A stretch of DNA of 64,000 bases from Vicugna vicugna (taxonomy: Eukaryota), in the NCBI GenBank assembly GCA_013265495.1, contig MU057654.1:173203-237202 (forward strand), given 5' to 3'. Both the position numbers and the translations under genes were made by a program. This document shows, piece after piece, positions 26,296 through 39,200 of this stretch; the stretch's first letter is position 1, and each line of letters starts with the position of its first letter. The notes beneath the pieces are model-generated. The model made no database searches and had not been told where the DNA came from. It saw only the letters and a list, made by a program, of their open reading frames with translations.

Positions 26296-28329
26296 TTTTT
26301 TTGAAATATAGTTGATTTACAATATTGTGTTAGTTTCAGGTGTACAGCAAAGTGATTCAGAAATATATATATATTTTTTCAGATTATCTTCCATTATAGG
26401 TTATTACAAGATACTGAATATAGCTCTCTGTGTTATACAGTAAACTCTTGTTGTTTATCTATTTTATGTATAGTAGTTTGTATCTGTTAATCCCATACTC
26501 CTAATTTATCCCTCCCCCTCTCTTTCCCCTTTGATACCCATAAGTTTGTCTTCTGTCTGTGAGCCTGTTTCTGTTCTGTATATAGATTCATTTATATTAT
26601 TTTTTAGATTCCACATATAAATAATATTTGTCTTTCTCTAAGTTACTTCATTCAGTATAATATTGGCTAGGTCCATCTATGTTGCTGCAAATGGCAATAT
26701 TTCATTCTTTTTATGGTCGAGTAATATTCCATTGTGTATATATATATATACCACATATTCTTAAAGCAATCATCTGTTCATGGGCACTTGGATGGTTTCC
26801 ATGTTTTGACTATTGTAAATAGTGCTGCTATGGACATTGAGGTGCATGTATCTTTTTGAATTAGAGTTTTTGTCTTTTCCAGATAGGCATAGGATTGCTG
26901 GATCATATAGTAGTTTTTTAGTTTTTTAAGGAACTTCCATACTCTTCAATAGTGGCTGCACCAATTTATATTCCCATCAACAGTGTACAAGAGTTCACTT
27001 TTCTCCAAATCCTCTCCAGCATTTATTTCTCATAGATTTTTTTGATGACGGCCATTCTGACTAGTGTGAAGTGATGCATCATTGTGGTTTTGATCTGCAT
27101 TTCTCTAATAATTAGAGATGTTGAACATCTTTTTGTGGGCCTGTTGTCCATCTGGATGTCTTCTTTGGAGAAATGTAAATTTAGGTCTTCTGCCCATTTT
27201 TTGATTGGGTTGTTTGTTTTTTCAATATTGAGTTGTATGAGTTGTTTGTATATTTTGGATAGGAATCCCTTGTCAGTCAAATTGTTTGCAAATATTTTCT
27301 CTCTGTCTTTTCATTTCGTTGGTGGTTTCCTTTGTGATGCAAAAGATTTTAAGTTTCATAACATCCCACTTGTTTATTTTTGCTTTTATTTCTTTTGCCT
27401 TGGGAGGCTGATCTAAGAAAATATTGCTATGTTTTATATCTGAGAATGTTTTGCATATGTTCTCTTCTAGGAGTTTCATGGTGTCATTTCTTCTATTTAG
27501 ATCTTTAAAACATTCTGAATTTATTTTTGCATATAGTGTGAGAACAGTGGCATAATTTCATTGATTTACATGTAGCTGTCCAGCTATCCCAACACCAGTT
27601 GTTGAAGAGATTGTCTTTTCTCCATTGTATACTCTTGCCTCCTTTGTCATAGATTAATTGACCAGAGGTGTGTAGGTTTATTTCTGGGCTCTCTATTCTG
27701 TTCCATTGATCTACATGTCTGTTTTTGTGCCAGTATCATGCTTTTTGAATTACTGTAGCTTTGTAGTATTGTCTGAAGTCTGTAAGGGTTATGCCTACAG
27801 CTTTTCCACATAGCTAGATTGAGTCCTCTCCCTGGGTCTGCCTGCCTGAGATTCAGTGCTCAGCTGTTGTGTGTCTTTGTGGTCTTGCCCAGTGTGTGCT
27901 TTAGATTGGGAAGTGCAGCAAGGCAGCAGCCACCAGCTACGGTTTCTGTCTGCCCTAATCGTTAGCAAACCAGCATGCACACACTCTTCACGAATAGATT
28001 ATAGGCTGCTCTAGCCCATCTGTCTGTCCCACTGGTTTTCCCAACAGGCAAGGGGGCTCCCCAAGGTGAGGATTTGCCTATGTGCACCTTCTCTCCTTTA
28101 CATATCCCTTCCTGTACAGGGGCGCTGATACAATCCTGATGCCTTTTTAAGTTTTTTCCATCCTTCCTGGTTATGTCGATATATTTCTTACAGCTTTGGT
28201 TGTACAATCTTCTGCTAGTTTCCAGTTGGTTTTCTGTGAGAATTGTTTTACATGTAGATGTATTTTTGATGTGTTTGTGGGGGGAGGTGAGCTCCAAGTC
28301 TTCCTATTCCACCATCTTGATTCCCCTCT
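26296..28329 (-). mobile_element. Internally deleted L1 (~2 kb) with both 5' and 3' ends
   Basis: 5' end gggaatcaagatggtgg at ~28325. The 5'UTR joins late ORF2 at ~27800. 3'UTR and T-tract at 26296. TSD ctatt(c/t)gagaaa at 26284-26295 and 28330-28341. Confidence 0.8.
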
Positions 28330-31300
28330 CTATTTGAGAAACTTAATTACTGGTTTGTATAAAAGTATCCCATATAAAAACAGATACAACAGACTAAATT
28401 CAAATTTCAGAATCCAGTTCTAATCAACTATTGAAAGTACCTGTCAGTTTTTAGAGAGCACAGGACATGCCATGTTTTCTTAGATTTTGTGAAAAAAAAA
28501 ATTGGTAGAGCATCTTGTACATATTAGATTATAATTGGGCCCAAATAGGCTACTGATTTTAAGATGATTAAGAAATCATTTGGTGATGTTATGAAAATAA
28601 AAACTCCATTGATATCACTTAGTCTTCAAAGTCCAATTTTCTTCTAAAGAAAGTAGATTGAAGTGTGATATTATAACAAGAAAACAATGTGCCTGCTTAC
28701 ATAAAAACTGATCTCACAATACTATCAAAGACAATAGTTAAAATTATTTTGGGGTGTGGCAAAAAATAGTAACAGTGAGTGGATAACAAGAGCCAACCTG
28801 GGACCATATAAATTCTCCCCTTCCACTAATTTTAAATGCCTAATTACACATTTATTTGTTAATGGTCTTCATGCGGATGGGATTTTCAAACTGTATCAGA
28901 GAATCACACCATCACAAATGGCACAGTTTATGAGCAAAAGCCCTATAAGGAATCCCTGCCTTCTCTCTCCATTCCAACCTTTGGCCTCAAAAAAGTTTTC
29001 ATTGTGAATGCAATTTTCTATTTCCGTGCTGTAGTAGTCCCCAAGAATGAGTTCATCACCTACAGCTGTTAAATTTTACATTTTTTTTGCGGAGAAGGGG
29101 AGCCCATTGAGCACTTTGACAGGGAGCCCTATCTACAGTTGGTTCTCTTCTTTCCCATTTCTTGACACTGACCTAGTTAATGAATGAATTACTTAAAGGA
29201 ACAAATAAAAACATGTTTTGATTATAGTTTTTATATAGGTACAGCCATACCTGATAAATCCCCTCAGATAATATTACCAGATTAAGTCAATTTTACTTTC
29301 TGAGAGTACACTCACATAGCATCTCTACTTCAGTTGTACGTGTTTGTGTTTGAACCCAAAGCATTTGAGTATTTGCGTTTAACAGTATCACAACTGTTAT
29401 TCCCTTTGCCCATTTCTCTGTGTTAAGTAAAGCCACTAGCAGTGACCTCCAAAATGTCCACCAGAGAACAGAAGTATAAGAGAAGTAAAAGTTGTTCTCA
29501 GTAAATCTTGCCAAATAGCATTCAAGACGAATAATTTATCAACCTGCCTCACCTGAATAGACACGGTGCCTGATAAATGTAGTGCCTAAACTGCCTAGCA
29601 CGTATAAGCTGTGTTCATATAGGTGTTTATCCATAGGCTTAGCTTCCCTTCCCCAATTTATACTAGAAAGGGCTGACAGGCACCCACTGATGTAAATTAA
29701 TATATTTTTAATCCTAAGAAAAACTCCTGATAATCATCTCAGAGAAAGAATAAATGATATGACTACCAGAACTGACAGAACAATATCTGACTTTTCCCAA
29801 GAAAAGTTGTAATTAGAACTCCAGGGTTTGTTTTTGGAAGAAGTCAATCTCAATCACCATTGGTAGATTTGTCCTTCTGTAGGCAATTACAGAAACTAGA
29901 GTTGGGACAGACATCAGGTCTTGATATGAGATTCCATCCTGTGATTGTATATAGATGATTCCTAAATCCAACTTGAAGTTTCATAATGTAAATATGGCTC
30001 CATTTTCATATCCTGCATTTACATATGTCCATTAAATAATTTTCCAAAATTATCTAAGGAACACCAATTTGCCCAAATACAGTTACTCTAAAAATTCACA
30101 ACTTCCTTCAATAGGCTTAAAACTACAAACACATAGTCTGTTGTCCTTACTAACTAGTATATTCAAATCTAAACATGGTGCGAAATTTAGTCTGTTGTAT
30201 TTTCTTCAGTTTATTTATGTAGCCATACCATGTTGCAGGGTTCTAGCAAAATAATCCCACTGCTTGTACTGTATTAAGTTTGCCTAAGCCGGTAAACCAG
30301 AAAGATCACATTAAATTTATTTTGGATATACAGACAAAGCTTCAGTTTTCCACACAAATTAGCAAAAGAGGTGCTTATAAAACTGCAATTTAAAAAAACT
30401 ATATTGTATATCTTCTTTCCCTTTTCTCTGTTCTTTTTAGGAAGACACAGACAAAATATAAGTAAGCTATTGTCTAATTCAGATTCCACTCATTTTTAAT
30501 TTTTGGAATTCTGTCAAGAGCCAGGCATGATGTTCAAAGTCTGCAATATTTCTCTTTATAGTGTTTAAAAATAAAAGAAATGTTTTCAACTAACATCTAG
30601 CATTTTATACCACCTTTTAAATACACAAATATTTCACATATTAAGTGTAAGTTTATATTTTTATATTAAAATGAATCTGAGGTCCTTAATTGGCTTCAAC
30701 TTTGATTATATCAAATTACTGGTAGTACTTGAAATGATTTAAATGGCATTTCAAAGAGGTCTTCCATGATCTCAACTTTTCAGTAACTGAAGATGGCTTT
30801 CCAGTTGGTTTGAATAATGAATTAATATTAATTTTCTTTGGATAATCTCGTGAGTGATCAAAACACAAAGTCTGGAGCCAGAGTGTCTGGGGGGTAAACC
30901 CTGGCTTGCCATCTATTAATTCAGTGACTTCATAAGCAAGTGACAACACTTCTGTGCTTCAACTTCCTCATCTGTGAAAACTGGAAAAATAACAATAGCA
31001 TCTAGTTTACAAAATTGCCACTATTACATGAATTAATATTTTAAAGTGCTTGACACATAGTAATCATTATATACATTTAAAAATTAATAACTAAAATCCA
31101 CTTACTAGGTTTGCTTTAATTTCTCTTAGACTTGCATAAAATTAAGTCAACAATTCTTACCTGTACCCACTCCTTAAGTTTTTAAGTAGTCCTTACAATA
31201 TGGCATGGTTATGGTTTTAGGGATGACCTAGTTCATTGCTAAGTATTCATTTATGTATTAAATTTCATGTTTATTTAGAAAAAAAACAAATTAGCACATT

Positions 31301-32124
31301 TAAAAGGTGAACTAAAGCACATTAGCACATTAAAGAAGGGGGTGGGGCAGGTGAAACCCAAGTTTGTGTGCTAAGGAAGATCACCCAGAGGCACCTCTGT
31401 GAATGGGGAGCTGGGAAATGTAGGCAACCTCAAATCTTCATGTCTCATTAAGAGAATGGTCTCCTGTAACATGTGGCCAGGAGAACCCTACTTTCACTGT
31501 ACCCTGCTTTCAGGAAGCTGACCCAGCTTGTGAGCACTATGGGTTCCTAAGGTTGTGGTCATGTGTATGCTACCATCACGTGGACTACAGTTAGGCAGCA
31601 GGCCCAGACGTACTGGTCATGTCAGCACCATAAGCTCTTGAACTCTGAGCTCATGTAGTCTCCCTGGACATATTGACAATATGATCATGTTGTAGATCCA
31701 GCTCTTCAACTCACTAGAGCAAAGTGGACTCCTAAACCTTGCCCATCACTATGGATTTGTCCTACCATGTGGCTCTTACTAGCTAGTGGCATGTGGAAGT
31801 CTTAGCCTTCCAAGTCCTTCTGAGGGTAATATGGATGCAGTGATTACATATGCTCCTTGGTCACATGGCAAGCTCAGTCATCTCTATCTCCTGAAGATTG
31901 CTGGCCACCAAAATCTTCAGATCTATGTGTCTACAGTGACGTGGCTCCTACCATCACATGGAAGGCAAAGCCTTTTACAGTTGCGTGAACACTGCAGCTC
32001 TCCAATCGCTGTTGATCATGTAAATCCTATGGCATATTACAGGCTGTGGTCTTGTGAGGCTCAACTCTCTCAGTCAGGTAAGGATTGAGGGCTCCTGAAC
32101 CCTGAGGTCACTTGGATCTTTCCA

Positions 32125-32342
32125 TTAAGCCGTCCTCCCCCGCCCCTCCCCTCGCCACACAAGCCTTACATGGATTGCGCAGTGGCGCCTTACATGGACT
32201 GCGCAGTGGCACGTTACGTGGATTGCGCAGTCATGTGACGTTGTAGGATTGCGACCCAGGGTGCGCCCTAGGATGCGCCCTTTATGCGTGAGGAGAGTCC
32301 CCTGAACGGTAGCTCGGCTAAGCCTTCTGAGGAGACAGACTG
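32125..32342 (+). promoter_or_regulatory. CpG-rich promoter and probable non-coding first exon of the NXF2-like gene
   Basis: Local CpG cluster, GC box (cccgcccctccc ~32138), three 24-bp repeats containing TGCGCA, and donor ctg|gtaggt at 32342/32343. Lies ~0.9 kb upstream of the first coding exon. Confidence 0.65.
32163..32234. repeat. Three tandem 24-bp units (gccttacatggattgcgcagtggc)
   Basis: Units at 32163-32186, 32187-32210 and 32211-32234, followed by a degenerate fourth. Confidence 0.85.
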
Positions 32343-33287
32343 GTAGGTGAAGAAGATCTTTAGAACTAAGGCCCGCATCCTGGCTGAGGGGCGTAGGGAG
32401 AGAATTTAAATGAGACCCTGGCTCGAATCTCAATCTTCCCACCAACTTTTTATATCCTGCTGTGGTGGGCAGTATTCGGTAGGAAGGGCGCCGGCTGGTA
32501 CTAGAAATTTTCTCAGAGAATTGGCGGGACATGGGGTGGCAGGAGTTCATGGACTTCTTTTAGCAACCTGACTCTGGAAACTGGGTGAGGGGGTGGGATT
32601 CCCTGGAGAGCCCTTCCACATTCAATGTCTACAGTACAGCACCCTCCTCTGCCCTCCTCAGAACGCGTTAGTTACTAAGGATGCCAGAGACCTCTTAGAT
32701 GCCAATTTGTAGAGATGATTCTAAATCTGATCTTAATTTCTGTCTCTTAATTGGTTCTATAGAGAGAGGAAAGGAGAGAGTTTTTATTTTTAAGAATTTA
32801 ACATTTTTTCAATAAAAGTGTGAAAGTAGCCATCATGTGAAAATTCAGGATTTATTTTTATTTACTTTGCTGTTCAGTAGTTTTTCAAAGTGCATTTGGG
32901 GTGGAATGCCTTAATCTTTTTCTGATTGCGATCTCCAACTGGCTTAAACTAGTCCAACCAGGCACTATTAGCTTCTGATTTTCCTCCTGATTTTCTAGCC
33001 ATTCCTTCTTAGACTCCTTGAAAACTCCCTCCTTTTCTTTGTGTGGGAAAAAAGTAGTGAATTTATTTAAGAAAAACATATTAATTAAAATTATAGGTGA
33101 TGCAGTTCATAAAAGTCATGTAGTTGGCACTTAACGGTAAAGTTCAGCAAATAAAAGGTTGTATTTACATTTATGAGGGATTTAATTATTGTTTGAGAGA
33201 TAGTTAAAGGGATGATATTTTTATTATATAATAGCCACTTTATTTTTCTCTCATTTCAACACTTTCAGGTTTGTTCTACAAACAGCT

Positions 33288-36200
33288 ATGTCTGAGAGAC
33301 AGCAGCAACAAAAATGTTTTCTTCCATCAAAGAAATATGGGACATGCAGAAATGAAGGTAAAAGAATTTCTATATTGCCATATTTTTAAAGATAATATGC
33401 TAATATGCAACTTGAATCTCAGAGAGAGGGGTAGTGTCTTACTCTGTTCAGGGTACTATGATAGAACACCACGAATTGGGTGGCTTAAAAACAATATAAA
33501 TTTATTTTTCACTGTTCTGGGAATGGAACATTTTCCCACAGACCATTTGAAGTACTAGTGTTTCTCAGGAAACATTTTGAGAAAGCCTGTTCAAACTAAA
33601 TCTCTTCTACCACATTAATACCTTGTACTTTTGTTTACTAAGGATAATGTAATGTATATTTACTAATGATTATAATCTATTCTTCTCATTAAAAAAACTA
33701 CTTATTGCTAACTCTGTCTTATTAGTCATTCTCTCTCTTGCTGAATCTTTCCACTTTTTCATTCTTTACATATAACCTCAATTTATGTTTCTGATATCAT
33801 GATGGCAAGAAATAAGCACATAAGTGCTAGTCATTAGGAAATCTTATATATAAAATAAAATGCCCTACTCTTTTTTTTAATGAATATTTGCCCTTCTCTT
33901 GAAAGGATGATAAAACTTACCCGTAATGATGAACAGATGAAATATCTCTCATTTTATACCAATTTTCCACACTTTAAACAGTTTGTTATTACTTAATAAT
34001 TGTATGTTCCATTTTTTTCAGTTCCTCTCATATGTTGAGCACTTTGATAACCTTGTCATATAAGTTATCTAATTTAATCTTCAGAAAAATCCTGAGAGGA
34101 TGTTAATTTACAGATAAGATACAAGAGTCAGGAGAGGCTTGATTATGCTATGGTAGTAGACAATCCACAAATCTCAATGGCATGTTCCTCATTCCCACTA
34201 CATGTTGATGGCAGGTGCATGTCCATCACAGGATGGTGGACATTTTAGGGTCTGAGCCATTCTTATTGGAATGACTTGGAGACCCAAACTAGCAGAGCAG
34301 CCACCAACTAGAAAGTTGTCTGTCACTGTGCCTGAGGGGGAGAGAGCCCTGGAGGGTCTCAAACCAACAACCGTATGTTCTGGCCCAGAAATAACACATG
34401 TTACTCACAACTCATTAACCAGAACTAGTCACATACACAGCCCTGCCCAAACAAAGGAGGTTAAGAAGTGCAGTCTGCCAAGTCCCCAGAACAGGGAGAA
34501 ATGGAAACTCGTGGCAAACAGCATTACTGACTACCACATAATGGAATTGAAACTCAGAAAGATTAAGTACTTGCCTAAAATCACATGGGCAGTAAGTGAC
34601 ATAACACATTCGAGATATATGATTTCACAGTCCATGCTGTTTCTACTCCTACTCCTTTCTACATTTTTGTATGCTACCCTCTTAAATGAAGTTCATGTAT
34701 ACTTATCATAGAAATTCCTTTACTTCATTGCTGCAATTCCATCTCCCTTAATCATCTGATACTCCAACAATGGGCTTGATTAAATCCCCAGCACTGGTAA
34801 GTCACAGGTCTTTTCCAAGTAATTAGATGTATTGGATATTTGGCTGTCCATGCTATTCAAGGATAACAATTATAAAAGAAAACCTGATGGTAGATGAAAA
34901 GACTGTTGATTTGTCATATACTTAATAAAAGTAATCTTGTGCCTTTCCATATTGTCAAGAAAAAAAATAAAAAAGAGCAAAAATTAATGAAATTGATAAC
35001 AGATACAAAAGAGTTGAATAAAAATGCTAGGTGTTGGTGCTTTCAAAATATAAAAAAAAATAAGGAAACCTTTGGCAAGATAGGTCAAGAAAATTAGAAG
35101 GCACAGATAAGCCACTTTTGAATGAAAAAGGTGTCATCCATGTACTTACAATAAAGATGTAAAAGATAATATTATGAAAAAGATATGCTGATAATTTGAA
35201 AATTTATATTAGGTGGGTAAATTCTAGAAAATTTTTATATTGAAGAAACAGAATATTAATATCAACAGTATTCTTGGCAAGGAATGCATGAGAAGGCAAA
35301 ATTACTGGTCAATCTTAATTGGTTATAAAAATGCAAAAAAATTAGAAATAAGATAATAGCAAATATAATCCAGCAATGGCTAAAACAATACAGCAAGGCA
35401 AAGTTGTGGTTATCTCAGACTGGCAATGTTGGCTTAACATTTGGAGATCCATAATGCTAAAGGAGCAAGAAAAGAATGATTATCACAAAGATTCCAGAAA
35501 AAAAGGTGTACAATAGAATTCAATAACCAATCAAGATTAAACACCAACAAAAATAACTCTCAGCTAACCAGGAATAGAAAGATATTTCCTTAAAACGATA
35601 ATTGGTATTTAAAAAAAACTACGACATATACCATACATAGTAGTGAGACATTAAAAGCATTCCATTTTAAATCAGAAGGGGCAAAGGTGATTCATGTAAT
35701 CACTTCTGTTCAACATTTTACTGAGTCTCCTAGAAATTGCAGTAAGCCACAATATATATACATTAATTAATACATGTATAAAAGTGAAAGGAAACAAAAC
35801 TGAGTATAATTGCCTTCACATAAAATTCAAGAGAATCTACAGAAAATTGTAATAATAGAGACTAACCAGTTTATTGGCTGTAAGACTAATATACACAAAA
35901 TAATTGCAACAAATAGAAAATAATATTTTCATTGTGAATATACCATTTACAATAGCAAAAAAAAATCCTATGGAATATACCACGAATTGGCTCACTTCGC
36001 AACTTTTCCAACACTCATAAACATTTTTGTATGTTTTCCTGTACTGTGGAGACTGGAAAGCTAAAAACAAGAATGCAGAGCTATGTTAGTGTTAGACCCC
36101 CTACTTGTGTCTAGAGTCCCAAACAGGATCTCTGTGTATTAAACATATGCATCATAGTGAAACTTGGAGGTAAAACTGAGTAATGTGAGAGCCACGTGCA

Positions 36201-39200
36201 GGACCAGCTACATATGGTGGGAGAGGTGTCTGGGTTTTATGGGCAGCTACCACAGAGTGCCTGGAATTCAGTCTCTGTCATACATATTGGTTAGCGTGTA
36301 GACAGCAATAGTATTTCAGCTGTAACAGTCCTGTAGCTTGAGTGGGCTTCTCCTGGCTTTGCAGCATCTAAGCATGCTTTTATGACCCTCACAGAGTTTT
36401 TGTAAGTGATATAATATGTTTTTATTAAGGATGCCTTATTTTAATGAAATAGCTAGAATAAATAGCTAACAGAGGCAAGTGGGGACTGTGATTAATAGAG
36501 TACTTGACAGAAAATTTGGCTGCAAGCCAGAGGCCCTGAAGGAAGTGGGGATCTGGGAAAAGTTATCTGGCCAAGGTGGATCTGAAGATAGCAAGGATCC
36601 AGCTGATATGAGGGCATGAAGTTTTGGTGTTCCATGGCACGCAACGGTGAAACAGTTGCAAGAGTCACCACCTGCGGTCATTTGAGTGGAAATGCCTTTG
36701 AAGTCAATGTAAGTCGGTGGACCAAGCAGCTGCTGTAGGGACTCAGAGGACACTCCCTTCCCCACAGCTTTGAGAAACATATTAGTGAGGAGGGCATCTT
36801 CATCTTGAAGTGTTCTGAGGTGGCTACTTGTGTGGGCCACAGATGAGATGGGAGATCCTGTCATTGACATGGTCACCCTCATTTCAGTGGGGATGTGGGG
36901 ATTCTGGAGTTGCAGGCGCAGTAGGAGCACTTAAGCTCCTGTGTTAACCTGAATGCTGTTTACCTTAATAAGGAGCAAGTACAAAAGGGTTTGCACGTTG
37001 GTTTGATCTATACCAACCTTTGAAGGTGGCTAGTTGATCAACAGATCCTCTGGATCTTGAAATATCTGAACATCCTTTAAGGTTGCATTTGATCAGCATA
37101 AAAATGAATAATAGATAAATAAGTATTTATTCATAGTAAAATATAAGAACATAAAATATAAATAAGTAAATCTCTAGATCTGGTGACTTGAGCTATCTTG
37201 ATGGCAACTGGTAATCCCTTACTCAGTTCCCACACTTGACCCAGAACACCTTTAATGAATGGACTACTGGGGAAGGACTGTACAATGAAGTCACAAGTAA
37301 CTACAGTAAATCTTCCTAGACTTAGCCAAAGGGACCATCAGACATTTACCACAGTTACTGTACATTTGTTTTAAGGACACTTTCCTAAGCCAGAGCTCGA
37401 TAAACTTCTGAAAAGGGCCAGATCACAAATATTTGAGGTTTTGTGGGCCATTAGGTCCCTGTTGTAACTATTCAACTCTGCTTTGTAGAGTGAAAGCCTT
37501 CATGGACACAGTATGGCTGTGGTCCAATAAAACTTTGTGTATAAACACTGACGTGGATTTCAAATAATCTTCACATGTCGAGAAATATTATTTTTCAACC
37601 ATTCAAATATGTAAAAACCATTCTTAGCTTGCAAACTGTAGAAAAATAGGCCACAAGCCAGGTTTAGCCCATGTGCTGTAGTTTGCCAATCTCTGATTTA
37701 AGCTAATGAAATCACTGAGTCCCTAAAACAGCAGAGTGGAAAGCCAGCAAAATGAGGTAGTATCCATTCCTAGGATCTCTGGCAAGCATAAACCAAAAGC
37801 TGATACTTTAATGAAGTGACTTTCAACCCTGGTTGCACACTGCAGTCACGTGGAGAATTTAGAAAATGTTGTTGCCTGGGTCTCACCCCAATTCCACTTT
37901 AATTGTTGTGAATGTAGCCTGGTGCTAGTGATATTCTCAATCTCCACAAGTGACTCTACTGTATAAACAAGGTTGAGAACTACAATGCATACAGTGAGAT
38001 ATTACTCAGCAATAAATTAGGCAAGAACATAAATGGCTCTCCAAAATATTACACTGACTTAAAAAAGCCAGACACAGTGGGGAGGGTATAGCTCAGTGGT
38101 AGAAGCACATGATTAGCATGCACGAGGTCCTGGATTCAATCCCCAGTACCTCCACACAAAAAAAGTGTTTCATATAATTTTTTAAAATAGCCAGACACAA
38201 AGGTGTACAGTATGTATGATTCCATTTATAAGAAACTCCTAGCAGGCAAAATGAATATACAGAGACTGAACACAGGTCAAGGTTTACATGGATCTGGGAA
38301 ATGAAAAGATTAAGAGGGAATCATTTGGAGTATGGTATATGCTTTATATCTTGATCAAGGTGGGAGTTAGCTCTAAATCTTGATGTTTACATATATGTAA
38401 TTTAAGATCAGAAGTTGGGTGAATCACTCAACGTGATTAGTTTAATAATCAGAGAGAGAAGACAGGTGGATCTGATTACCAGTAATTGTTTCTATTATGC
38501 TGTGTAATGAGTCATGGGAATAGTGCTTCCTCCCAAGCACCTGGAAAAACCCTCACCCAGCCTTTTATACAGCTAAAGCATGAACATGAAATTATATATA
38601 GTCTGTATTCCAGCTACTTATTTATGAACACAGTTGGTATTTTCCCGTGTTCCTTTACCTTGACTTCTTTGTATTTACATACCAAAACATAAACTTTCCT
38701 TAATATTTCCTTTTAAGTAATCATACTATAATATGCAGTTTTAAAAATTATGGTGAAAAACAAATAACATAAAATTCACTATCATAACCAATTTTAAATG
38801 TACAGTTTAGTATTGTTAAGTATATTCACATTGTTGTAAAACCAATCTTCAGAACTTTTCCATCCTGCAATTCTGAAACTCTATACATTAAATAGCAATT
38901 CCCCTTTGCTCCTTCCTCCCAGGCCCTGGTAAGCACATTCTACTGTCCATTTCTATAAATTTGCCTACTTTAGATACCTCTTATAAGTAGAATCATACAG
39001 TATTTGTCATCTCATGACTGGCTTATTTCATTTAGTATAATGTTCTCAAGGTTTATCCTTGCTGTAGCATATGACAGAATTTCCTTCCTTTAAAAAGCTA
39101 AATAATATTCTACTGCTTGTATGTACCATAATTTGTTCATCCATTTATCCATCGATGGACATTTTAATTGCTTCTACATCTTGGCTGTTGTGAATAGTGC

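Noticed and set aside
29251..29553. Faint TCP11-like peptide resemblance (NAIWQD..., SEGIYQ)
   Set aside because: Needs several frameshifts and the spacing does not match; too weak to call.
32163..32260. CRISPR-like repeat array
   Set aside because: The units are directly tandem with no spacers, and the DNA is mammalian.
38079..38153. tRNA-Ala-like gene
   Set aside because: It has an A-tail, a TSD, mismatched stems and two related copies in the window, so it is a SINE and not a tRNA gene.
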